Of a stretch of 28,645 nucleotides of DNA, positions 6,690 to 15,286 are shown piece by piece. The stretch lies in the IMG/VR virus record IMGVR_UViG_3300048857_000044, positions 1 to 28,645 of that record; one strand, given 5' to 3'. Within the stretch, counting starts at the first letter, position 1. Every line of letters starts with the position of its first letter. The position numbers and the translations under genes were made by a program. Under the pieces are notes generated by a model, which saw only the letters and a list, made by a program, of their open reading frames with translations, made no database searches and was not told the DNA's origin. The stretch comes from a virus. Lineage: Duplodnaviria > Caudoviricetes.

Positions 6690-7139
6690 TTAGGCGGGCA
6701 GCGTTGCAGCGTGCTCCATCAGGTCAGTTAGTTGCTCGTCGCTAATGCCAACGATGGCAGCCAGCATCGGCACGAACACTCCATCACGGTCAAAATCATC
6801 ACGGTCAAAATCCGTGCCACGCTCCAGAGCCTCTTCGGCAGATGCTCTCTTCAAGGGATCGCTCAGACTTGCGATCGCCGCTTGGACAGCCTGGAATAGC
6901 GTTCCCTCTTCCCACTGAGTCACCTTCATAATCGTGCGCGCTCGCCACATCGCAACAGTGCGCACTTGAGGCGGAGGCGGCGAAATGTAGGGTTCGGGTA
7001 TGTTCCCCTCTGAAACCCACGCGTCGTAGATTGCGCGGAGGCCCACGTCTATCGGCGGGATTGGCCCAAAGTAATGCGCGCTATCAATCGAGAGAACCCC
7101 TTGACCATCTGCTGAAGTAAGACAGGCCGAAACGTTCAT
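6690..7139 (-). CDS. Tail fibre-associated/assembly protein
   Basis: Follows the tail fibre; YDAWVSEGNIPEPY XkdW-like motif; contains a 15-bp tandem duplication. Confidence 0.65.
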   Translation of the reverse strand: MNVSACLTSADGQGVLSIDSAHYFGPIPPIDVGLRAIYDAWVSEGNIPEPYISPPPPQVRTVAMWRARTIMKVTQWEEGTLFQAVQAAIASLSDPLKRASAEEALERGTDFDRDDFDRDGVFVPMLAAIVGISDEQLTDLMEHAATLPA

Positions 7140-7142
7140 AGT

Positions 7143-8537
7143 TTACAGCTCCACAGTTGCTTCCCATGTCCCACGCCCAACAAGCAGGCCCGATGCTCCT
7201 GCGGTTGCCACATAGCGACAGCCCTCAAGAGTCACATCATCAATAGAGACAGCGGAAATGTTCGTGCTTTGCGATGCGGCAATGACAGCGACTTGAGGCG
7301 CTGCCCGCTTAGTGGCTTTGTAGGTAATCGTCTGGATGACATAGCCACCGGAGACAGGAGGGTACCCGAGCACGCTCAGCACCCCCCGTTCATAATAGCG
7401 CTGGCAAAGCCTCAGCTCATCCCGCTCAACGATCAGGGCCGGATTGCTGCCGCGCCCGGCGCGAGGCCATCTGAAAGTCACACCGCTTCCAGAGAAGGTC
7501 ACCCAAATGTTGCCTGTCGCCCCTGCACCGAGAAGGAGTGTGGCAGAGCGGATGCCGGGCCCAGCTGTGATCGTGCCGGATTGCCCCCCGGCCGTGACTG
7601 CCAGGTTGCCCCCGGTTAAATCATTGACAGCGACCGTGAGCGTGCCGTTGGCGAAAGTCTCTTTGGTGAGAAAGCCGATCTCGACGATCTGCTCGATAGA
7701 ACCAGACGTCAGCGTCCAAGTTCCGTTCGAGACACTGATGTTGGCTCCGCCTGCTCCGGCCTTCCAGCGGTCTCGGACAAACGCACCGGCGGCATTAGCG
7801 CCGTTGGCGGTATTGCGCTGGTTAATGTCGCCGAAGGAATTGATCAACAGGTTGCTGCCGAGTAGGCCTGTACCAGCCGTTAGGATTGAATAAACCTGTC
7901 CCGGCGTCAGATCTTCCGGATCGCCCGCCCCCGCCGAAATGCGCCCCTTGATCCTTGCAGCCGCCATATCGGCTAGTTTGGCGTTGGTGACGCCATTGTC
8001 GGGAAGGATGGCGGATGATGCAGCCTCTGCCCACTGCTGGGCGATGCCGGCCTGATGAGTGGCCGCCGTTGCGGCACCTTGTGCGGTCCCAGCCGCATTT
8101 TGCGCCACCTGTCGATCCGCATCTACCTCCGTCTGGATCTGGGCGAGCAGCGTCATGGCTGCCTCGACCGCCACTCGATCAGCGTGGATCTCGTCAGCCA
8201 CCTCATCGAGGTTTTCAGGGAGAGCCTTCAGCCGTGCCAGGTACTCCGATACGCGGACAGCATAGAAGCGGGGGTCGATGTGATTGGCGAACCGCAGCGC
8301 GAAATACGGGACATCGGTCAGCGTCGGCCCCGTCCAGGGCTTGGCAAGTCGGATCTGGTTGACCGTCAACACCTCCTTGATGACCGTCGCGCCTGCGGTT
8401 CCGTCGTTCGGGAACACGAAGTCGAAGGGCAACAGCGCCGGATCCCAGGCGACCATCTCACCCGTCGCAATGTCCGAGCCGTTGGTCAGAGTGATCGTGC
8501 CGTCTGAATAGAAGAAGTAGGAAGGATCAAGAGCCAT
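7143..8537 (-). CDS. Tail fibre/receptor-binding protein
   Basis: N-terminal GTITLTNGS anchor, Ala-rich coiled coil, VTNAKLA, INQR...DRW and ELRLCQRYYE fibre motifs. Confidence 0.85.
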   Translation of the reverse strand: MALDPSYFFYSDGTITLTNGSDIATGEMVAWDPALLPFDFVFPNDGTAGATVIKEVLTVNQIRLAKPWTGPTLTDVPYFALRFANHIDPRFYAVRVSEYLARLKALPENLDEVADEIHADRVAVEAAMTLLAQIQTEVDADRQVAQNAAGTAQGAATAATHQAGIAQQWAEAASSAILPDNGVTNAKLADMAAARIKGRISAGAGDPEDLTPGQVYSILTAGTGLLGSNLLINSFGDINQRNTANGANAAGAFVRDRWKAGAGGANISVSNGTWTLTSGSIEQIVEIGFLTKETFANGTLTVAVNDLTGGNLAVTAGGQSGTITAGPGIRSATLLLGAGATGNIWVTFSGSGVTFRWPRAGRGSNPALIVERDELRLCQRYYERGVLSVLGYPPVSGGYVIQTITYKATKRAAPQVAVIAASQSTNISAVSIDDVTLEGCRYVATAGASGLLVGRGTWEATVEL

Positions 8538-8547
8538 TGTTGTTCTC

Positions 8548-8895
8548 TCAGCGACTGAGCGTGATGCCGTTGTCGGCCAAAAGCTTGCGGATCTTCTGCG
8601 CGGTCAGGGCCTTGCGGACCTTCATCTTGAGCGCGATGCGATCGTCTTCGGCCTTCTCGTCCGCCTCAGCCAAGGCGATGACCTGCTGCGCAATCACCTC
8701 GGACCTGATGTGCTTGCGCTGCGCCTCGCGGTTGAGCATGTCGGAGGTCTCGCCGGCCAGGTGGCGGCGGGCCTCAAACACCTTGCGCGTGTAGAGCGCA
8801 GCCCGCAGGCGTGTCGGCTCATAGTGCTTGTCGATCGTGGCTTCCGCCATCTTGCGCAGTTGATCGAGGGTCGGGCCGAGCTCAAGCCGTGCCAT
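8548..8895 (-). CDS. Tail-region hypothetical protein
   Basis: In operon, overlaps the upstream gene. Confidence 0.7.
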   Translation of the reverse strand: MARLELGPTLDQLRKMAEATIDKHYEPTRLRAALYTRKVFEARRHLAGETSDMLNREAQRKHIRSEVIAQQVIALAEADEKAEDDRIALKMKVRKALTAQKIRKLLADNGITLSR

Positions 8896-9301
8896 GGGCC
8901 GCCTCCACCGTCACATCGAACTCCTGCGGTTGATACGGCATGGCCGAGACGATCACGCGGTAAGTGCCGGGTTCCTGAAACAGCAATTCGACTGCCTCAC
9001 CGTCCGCCTCGATCTCGCCGTTGTCGGGGCCGACGACGCGCACCGTCCCGCCAGCGGGGATGCCTTCGATGATGAAGAGACGCCCGCCTCCCTCGCTCTT
9101 CTCGCGGGTGGTAAGGTCTAGGCCGGGGCGGGTCTTGAGACCATCCTCGGATCGATACCAATAGCGCGGCTCAAATGGTGGCACGTCCTCGGCATAGGCG
9201 ACCCGCGCCCGCGCCAGATCAAGCGCCTCCGGTCTGGCCGGATAGCCCTCGGATGTGACCGAGCCTGTCAGGTTACCGTTCTCGTCAAAGAGCAGGATCA
9301 A
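8882..9301 (-). CDS. Tail-region hypothetical protein (beta-rich C-terminus)
   Basis: In operon; PGTYRVIV..PY Ig-like ending. Confidence 0.7.
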   Translation of the reverse strand: MILLFDENGNLTGSVTSEGYPARPEALDLARARVAYAEDVPPFEPRYWYRSEDGLKTRPGLDLTTREKSEGGGRLFIIEGIPAGGTVRVVGPDNGEIEADGEAVELLFQEPGTYRVIVSAMPYQPQEFDVTVEAAHGTA

Positions 9302-9841
9302 TTAGACCTCCAATGCCTGCCAGCGCAGCCAAAGGCCGTGCGCGGTGTTGTTCGTGACAGCGATGTTCGCTGCATCCCATGACAGCCAGTAGCCACCCCA
9401 ATAGACGTACCCGGCACCGTCATCGCCAGAGAACCGATGCGGGGTCACGTAGTGGCCTGTCATGAAGGGGTTGCCGAAGTTGTCGGAGATCACCCGGCGA
9501 TTGTTCGGGAAGCCCACGGCGAACGTGTTCCGCCAGCAGCGCCAATCAGGCGGCAGAGAGCCGTCCTCATAAATGGGTAGGCCAATGGCGACGATGAGGA
9601 ACGACACCCCAGAGGGGACACCATGAGCGAAAGTGGTTACTGCTGGCACTTGCGGCTGCGTGGCCTGAAACGGGTTCCAGGCGCAATAGAGTGCCCCTTC
9701 AGAGATGATCCGCCCCGGCACAGCGTCTGCGTCGAATAGGATCTGATCGAGCGGGGCCGTCTCAACGTTGTGGCCGGCCGCTGAGGCGCGGATCCTGAAC
9801 TGTCCGCTGCCATCGTTGCCGATGAGAATGCGCTTGGTCAT
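9302..9841 (-). CDS. Tail-tip accessory protein, paralog 3 (MTKRILIG...)
   Basis: N-terminus paralogous to the genes at 10213 and 10630; ATGA overlap at 9838-9841. Confidence 0.7.
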   Translation of the reverse strand: MTKRILIGNDGSGQFRIRASAAGHNVETAPLDQILFDADAVPGRIISEGALYCAWNPFQATQPQVPAVTTFAHGVPSGVSFLIVAIGLPIYEDGSLPPDWRCWRNTFAVGFPNNRRVISDNFGNPFMTGHYVTPHRFSGDDGAGYVYWGGYWLSWDAANIAVTNNTAHGLWLRWQALEV

Positions 9842-10213
9842 TGGCTCTTCAAAAACGCGTAATATGGCACAGGCGCCAGCCGCAGGATAAGCGCCCTGCC
9901 AATCAGGAGCGGGATAGGCCGTGAACCCTGCCGCATCGACATAAGCCACGACAGGCGCGGTCGTCGGGCGGGGATTGAAGACGCCGCACAGCACGAATGG
10001 CACCTGTCCGGGCAGGCGGACGAAGTTGACGCGCACGCCCACGCCGGCCCCGCCGAGTTGGATCGTGCCGGATTGCACAATTATGAAGTGCCGCCTCGTG
10101 GACGAGAATAGAAGTTGCGACTCGGGCGCTGTGTAGGCGTCCCAGCCCGGGCGCGAGACATAGATCCCGACCTGCCCCGCCGAATTGGCTCCGATGACAA
10201 CGCGACGAGCCAT
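9838..10213 (-). pseudogene. Tail-tip accessory protein, paralog 2 (MARRVVIG...), frameshifted near 9875 so that it fuses to paralog 3
   Basis: The natural C-terminus APVPYYAFLKSQ* is in another frame and ends in an ATGA overlap with the next gene. Confidence 0.6.
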
Positions 10214-10630
10214 TTATGCAATCGCCATGTAGATGAAGCCGTCGTTGCTGCCGATCGGAAGCGTGAAGGGCGCGGCCGTGGTGACAAGAACGCCGGTTAT
10301 TGAGACCACGGCGCAGTAGGGCGTTCCGTCCTGATAGCGCCCGCTGTTGCCCTGGAAGCGGCGATATTCGTCAATGTAGACGCCGCCGCCGCGCAGCGTG
10401 CCGAACAGCAACGGGGGTGGGGCTGGAAAGGCTTCGGAGAACGCCACCCATGAATTGAGCGCCTGAACTTTTCCAGCAGAGGCCACGCGCCCCATCACAT
10501 CCCGCGAGAGAGCAAAGCTGATCTGGGAGCGATCATTGACGTTCGCCGTCATGGCATCAAAGCCGGGGCGGGAGATGCGGAAATCCACAACCCCGCCGCC
10601 GAAATGCCCGAGAACCATACGCCTCGCCAT
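10214..10630 (-). CDS. Tail-tip accessory protein, paralog 1 (MARRMVLG...)
   Basis: FRISRPGFDA motif shared with paralog 2 (YVSRPGWDA); directly after the J-like gene. Confidence 0.75.
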   Translation of the reverse strand: MARRMVLGHFGGGVVDFRISRPGFDAMTANVNDRSQISFALSRDVMGRVASAGKVQALNSWVAFSEAFPAPPPLLFGTLRGGGVYIDEYRRFQGNSGRYQDGTPYCAVVSITGVLVTTAAPFTLPIGSNDGFIYMAIA

Positions 10631-13600
10631 CAGTCGTAGAACTCAATCCGGCCGGCCGCGCCGGTCATGGAAATTACGCCCGCTGTGAGCGTGCCCATAT
10701 TACCCGAGATGGCCGAGAGGTTCTGCACGTTGAGCTGGTTGGCGTTGACCGAACCGTCCGCAATGAAGTCGCCGCGCAGAACCATGCGGCCGACACCGTT
10801 GCGGGTCGCGATGCTGAAGACAGCCTCCTCCCCAAAGCCCGAGCCCGGGGCGCCCACCAAGAACTTATCGACGGCGATCTTGAACTCGCTCTGAAAGCCG
10901 CTCGGGCCATTGGCTCCGACAAGCTGGAAGCCGGTGAAGTAGCCGCCCGAGTTGATGGTCACATTGTAAGCGCCGATCAATTGCCCGGTGATCGTGGCGA
11001 CCGCCGTAAAGCGCTCGTTGACGCTGATCTCGTTCTCGTCAAACCGCGCCTCGACATTAGTCTGCAGGTCGGCAATCGCCTGCTCGGTATCGACCTTCAC
11101 CGTGGCAATCTGGGTAATGGCGGCTTCTGCGCGGTCGTTGGCCTCATGCGCCAGGACCGTCGTCTCCCCCGCCACATCCGCGATCTGCTCGAGGATGTCG
11201 AGGCTGTCGAGTTTACGGCTGAGTTCCGGCACGAGATCATCCGGCCGGATCTTCATGATGAAGAAGTCGTTATCGAGCATCAGGCGCGGGGCCGCGATCT
11301 CCACGACGCTGAAGGCGCCGGTCACGTTGCTTGATGTGATGCCAGCCACGCGCAGCATGATCGTCCGGGCGCCTGCGACAATGGCCTCAAAGGTTGTTAG
11401 GTCGCCCTCATAGGCACGAACCCATGTGGCACCTAGATCATAGGACACATCGGCCACATAGCGCACAGCGCCCTTGGCCGGCTGCCAGCCCGCTTGCAGG
11501 ACGAGGCTGAGACCACGCTGGTAGACCTGCGCGGCGAGTGTCGTGATGATCGGGATCGACGGCGCAAAGACGTTCGGAATATCCGGCAGCGGCGTGACGC
11601 CGGTCTCTACGATGTTGTAGACGGCCGGGTCATCAATGACGCCGGTCAGGGTGATGTGCTCGCCGTCCGTGTCAGGCGTGCCCTCGGTGATCAGCACGCG
11701 GAAGGAGCGCGGCTCACCGGGCGAGAACATCGCCGTGGGGCGGTCAGCCAGATCCGATCGGGCTATCGCATCCGCAAGGCTCATGCCCTGGCGTGTCGCC
11801 TCCGCGGCGAAGTCGGCCCCGTTGACGATGGCGATGCGGTCAGATGTGCCGCGGGTGACGCGCACTGGGCCCCAGGGCTGCCCGTCCCGGCGCCGGATCT
11901 CGACGTAATGGTTCAGCGCATTCGCATCCCATTCGAGCGGATGATCGAAGGTGATCGAGCGGGCCGCGTCATTATAGGACACGACCTCGGCCGACTGCCC
12001 CCAGGTTTCCGGCTCCTCACAGGACAGCACGACCAGATCGCCGCGCTTGAGCAGGCGACCTTCGGCGCGGGCGGTCCATGAGACGGTGACGCGGCGGTGC
12101 AGGTTCTCAGCCGCCATAAAGCGCACGAGGCCTGCCGCCTGCGAGCGCTTGGTGACGCCGGTCAACTGCACGCGGGCGGGCTTGGCGAGAGACACGCCAT
12201 CCGGAGAAGACAGCACCTCGGCCAGCTTCATCGTGCTTTCATCGACATACTCCCCGATGATGCCGTCCGCGATGTCGTCATCGGCCAGGGTGTAATCGAT
12301 GGTCAACGAGTCCTTCACGATGTCGTAGTCGGTGAACATCATGCGCGGGATGCCGCGGGGCTCATCCCTGACGATGGTCAGACGGTCGCCCACCGGGGCC
12401 GGCATGGCACGGCCGGCCTTGAGCACCGTCTCGAGCGCATCGTCCAGCGTCTGGGCTTCCTTGAAGACGTGATCGAAGCTGTGGCCCAGCGATGACCAGA
12501 GGTTCGCGTGAGCCACGAAGCTCTGGAAATCGACCTGCTCGAGCGAGAGGCCCGCGCCATAATCGGCATTGCGCCACATATCGAGGGCAGCCCAGGCAAT
12601 CGATCGCGTCGGCTGCTCCACGAACTCGGCGCCGTTCCACACCGGCAGGATGCGAGTGGCAATCACGCCCACCTGGCCGTTCATCATGCCTTGCAGAGAC
12701 TCGTTCGCCTCGGCCCGGATGGCAATCGTCGTGACACGCGGGAAGGTGTTCGGGCCGTCGATGTGAGCGCGCAAGGCCGACCAGACCACGTTATCGACGC
12801 CGGTCACCTTGCCGTTGTTGCGGGTCTCTCCGTCCACCTTCTCATTGGTACGGCGGACGCGGACCTCATAGCGGGCCGGGGGCACGTTGAGCCGTTCCGT
12901 CAGGCGGATTTGGCTGCTTTTGTTGAAGGTGTAATTTTTGGAGGAGATGAGGGACCATTCCCCGATAGGTGCGCCGCCATCGTTGACGAGACGGGCCTCA
13001 ATCTGGATCGTGACGGTTCTGGGGTAATTCTCACCCTTGTAGGTATCGTAGGCACCACCCGGCCAGACGAAATCAAACAGGAGCTGCCGCGCCTTGGTCG
13101 TGGCGGCATTGGCCGTGAACCCAGGCGTGAACGTGGGTGACAGCTCAAGGCTTGAGACTTCCGAAGCCGTGACCACGTTGACCGGGAACAGGGAGACCTG
13201 CTCGCCCGGTTCGCAGAACTGAAGCGTGATGCCGGGGAAGGAGGGGTTCGGGCCGCCTGTTCTCGTCCAGATGGTGGTGTCCGAGATCCGCAGTTCCTCG
13301 ATCTGCGCCCGCCCGCACGTCACGGCGAGCAGCGCATATTCGGTCATGGCGTCGCCATTGAACTCGGAATAGCGCGGTGCGGCGAAGTCGGGGAAGGACA
13401 GCGTGCGGCCATACAGGACCGGGATCGGCTGCAGCGGGCGGGCTTGGTTGCCGCCGAAGCCGAAGGAATAGAGGTCTTCGATGGCGTCAGTCTTGCCGCC
13501 TGCCTTGGGCTTGAGGAAATGGCTGATCGCCATCGCACCACCTGCGATGAGCAGGGAGGAGCCGATGCTCGCCGCCGTTCCTGTCAGGCCGATGGCGCCC

Positions 13601-13959
13601 ATGGCCCAAGGAGCAAGCGCGGTGAGCGCCACCATGGCGAGGATTGCGCCGATACTCTTGGCCGACGAGCCGCCCCAGCCACCCATGCCGCCGAGAGGAC
13701 GCGACACAAATTCAACGTTGTCGTTCGCGGCCAGCCGATGGGTCGCCCATTCGGTGCGCGAATAGTATGCCCCATTGACCTTGCACACGGTCGGGAGATC
13801 GAAGCGCCAGCCGGTCTCAGCGACCAGTTGCTCGATCGTCGGCTTGCGCTTGCGGGCCTTGTGCTCGGCAATCGGGAGCACGAGGCCAACCTCCGGCAGG
13901 CGAACGTCGTGGTGCTCCGGGTCGAAGACGAGGAGATTATGCTTGACAGCAAGGGCCAT
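10630..13959 (-). CDS. Tail tip/host-specificity protein (lambda J/TipJ-like, with N-terminal tail assembly I-like region)
   Basis: 1109 aa; NQARPLQPIPVLYG, FN3-like region, C-terminal SEFKIAVDKF...FIADGSV. Confidence 0.88.
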   Translation of the reverse strand: MALAVKHNLLVFDPEHHDVRLPEVGLVLPIAEHKARKRKPTIEQLVAETGWRFDLPTVCKVNGAYYSRTEWATHRLAANDNVEFVSRPLGGMGGWGGSSAKSIGAILAMVALTALAPWAMGAIGLTGTAASIGSSLLIAGGAMAISHFLKPKAGGKTDAIEDLYSFGFGGNQARPLQPIPVLYGRTLSFPDFAAPRYSEFNGDAMTEYALLAVTCGRAQIEELRISDTTIWTRTGGPNPSFPGITLQFCEPGEQVSLFPVNVVTASEVSSLELSPTFTPGFTANAATTKARQLLFDFVWPGGAYDTYKGENYPRTVTIQIEARLVNDGGAPIGEWSLISSKNYTFNKSSQIRLTERLNVPPARYEVRVRRTNEKVDGETRNNGKVTGVDNVVWSALRAHIDGPNTFPRVTTIAIRAEANESLQGMMNGQVGVIATRILPVWNGAEFVEQPTRSIAWAALDMWRNADYGAGLSLEQVDFQSFVAHANLWSSLGHSFDHVFKEAQTLDDALETVLKAGRAMPAPVGDRLTIVRDEPRGIPRMMFTDYDIVKDSLTIDYTLADDDIADGIIGEYVDESTMKLAEVLSSPDGVSLAKPARVQLTGVTKRSQAAGLVRFMAAENLHRRVTVSWTARAEGRLLKRGDLVVLSCEEPETWGQSAEVVSYNDAARSITFDHPLEWDANALNHYVEIRRRDGQPWGPVRVTRGTSDRIAIVNGADFAAEATRQGMSLADAIARSDLADRPTAMFSPGEPRSFRVLITEGTPDTDGEHITLTGVIDDPAVYNIVETGVTPLPDIPNVFAPSIPIITTLAAQVYQRGLSLVLQAGWQPAKGAVRYVADVSYDLGATWVRAYEGDLTTFEAIVAGARTIMLRVAGITSSNVTGAFSVVEIAAPRLMLDNDFFIMKIRPDDLVPELSRKLDSLDILEQIADVAGETTVLAHEANDRAEAAITQIATVKVDTEQAIADLQTNVEARFDENEISVNERFTAVATITGQLIGAYNVTINSGGYFTGFQLVGANGPSGFQSEFKIAVDKFLVGAPGSGFGEEAVFSIATRNGVGRMVLRGDFIADGSVNANQLNVQNLSAISGNMGTLTAGVISMTGAAGRIEFYD

Positions 13960-13961
13960 GA

Positions 13962-14384
13962 TTACGCTTTGCGGCGGTAGAATTTAAGGTAGTTGAACCC
14001 GGAAGCCTTGAGGGCCGGGATGTCATCGACCACGACGCCAGCATGCCGGTCGATGTGGATCACCGCGCCGGCCGTGGCCGGTACGATGTAGGTGCCGAGA
14101 TGGAAGTCCCGCTTGGCGACGTTGCCCATCAGGACAAGATCAAGCTCACGGGCCTCGGCCTCGGGGATCTCCTCCCAGGCCTGCCGCTCGGGGTGCGAGA
14201 GCATGGCCTCAGCCTGCGCCCTAGTTGTGGGCTCGGCAAAGGCGACATCCGGCATGGCGACGCCGGCAAGCTCGTTCTGAATGTGACGGGCGAGGCCGTA
14301 GCAATCATAAGCCTGGGGCCCCCGTTCCCCGATCTTGTAGGGCTTGCCGATCAGGCTCTCATAGAACGCGAGACGATCCATCAC
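13962..14384 (-). CDS. NlpC/P60-family tail protein
   Basis: IGKPY..GERGPQAYDCYGL...HLG...IH catalytic pattern. Confidence 0.88.
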   Translation of the reverse strand: MMDRLAFYESLIGKPYKIGERGPQAYDCYGLARHIQNELAGVAMPDVAFAEPTTRAQAEAMLSHPERQAWEEIPEAEARELDLVLMGNVAKRDFHLGTYIVPATAGAVIHIDRHAGVVVDDIPALKASGFNYLKFYRRKA

Positions 14385-14917
14385 GACACCTGAAGCAGGC
14401 TCGGGAACCGAACCATGTCATAGACCTCGCGCATCACGCGCATGTTCTGCGGACGGGCGATGGCGAGTTGTCCCTCAAGCTGCCGCGCCGTGCGCTTCAC
14501 GTTGCGCAGGATCAACTTGTACGGGCCTTGGCCGACCGTGTTGGGGGCGGAGGCCAGATAGCCGCGGAAGATCGCCTGAATGGGCGTGTTGAGCTTCACG
14601 GCCTCATGCAGGTAGCGGGAGGCCTCCCGGTTCACGTTGCCGAGCCGGATGGTGGCCTCGGCGCCGAGGTTGCCGATCCGAGGGTAGTCGATCTCGAAAG
14701 GAATGGCCTTGAAGGGCACGACGGTGCCGCCGCCGACCGGCGCGCCATCATCCAAACGGAAACTGACATCGACGGTGTTGCGGACGGCGCGGATCGGGGC
14801 AGGAGCGCCGTTCTCCACAAAGGTCGGATGGATCAGCTCAATCGTGATCAGCATGACCTCATCCTTGGGCGCGGAGGCGGCAGCCTCGGCCCAGGCTTGC
14901 GTAGCGGAGATGGGCAC
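14381..14917 (-). CDS. DUF1833-like minor tail protein
   Basis: LITIELIHPTF...IRAVRN...NVNRE...RFPSL; position between Dit and NlpC. Confidence 0.8.
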   Translation of the reverse strand: MPISATQAWAEAAASAPKDEVMLITIELIHPTFVENGAPAPIRAVRNTVDVSFRLDDGAPVGGGTVVPFKAIPFEIDYPRIGNLGAEATIRLGNVNREASRYLHEAVKLNTPIQAIFRGYLASAPNTVGQGPYKLILRNVKRTARQLEGQLAIARPQNMRVMREVYDMVRFPSLLQVS

Positions 14918-15286
14918 TTAGAGATCCCAAACGTCGAGGGAGAAGGAGACGTGAATTTTGTTGCCCATGCGGTTTGCCGTATATCGACCACCCTCACGAA
15001 GCTTGACCCGCCTCACAGGGCATGAGGTGAGATCCCAGACCGGCATTTCGAACTCGGCCGCCCCATGCGAGAGCGTGTCACGGACGAAGGCCTTGAATGT
15101 TTGGAACTGCGCGGTGTTCATGGGGATCGTGCGCGGCACAGTGCCGATGACGGTTGTGTACTGACGCCGGCTGCGGGTGTTGCCCGCCGTCATCTCGCTT
15201 TCCAGCACGCCACGGTGAGGCTCATCGATCCCGTTATCCGCCAGCGGCTTATGCGGGACGGTCCGGGGCCATACAGGAAGCGCCAT
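14918..15286 (-). CDS. Distal tail protein-like
   Basis: PVWP...ESEMTAG.TRSRRQYT...FKAFVRDTL.HGA..F.MP; follows the TMP. Confidence 0.8.
   Translation of the reverse strand: MALPVWPRTVPHKPLADNGIDEPHRGVLESEMTAGNTRSRRQYTTVIGTVPRTIPMNTAQFQTFKAFVRDTLSHGAAEFEMPVWDLTSCPVRRVKLREGGRYTANRMGNKIHVSFSLDVWDL

Noticed and set aside
7143-8537. Diversity-generating retroelement or invertible fibre cassette
   Set aside because: No reverse transcriptase, invertase or template/variable repeat pair seen in the window
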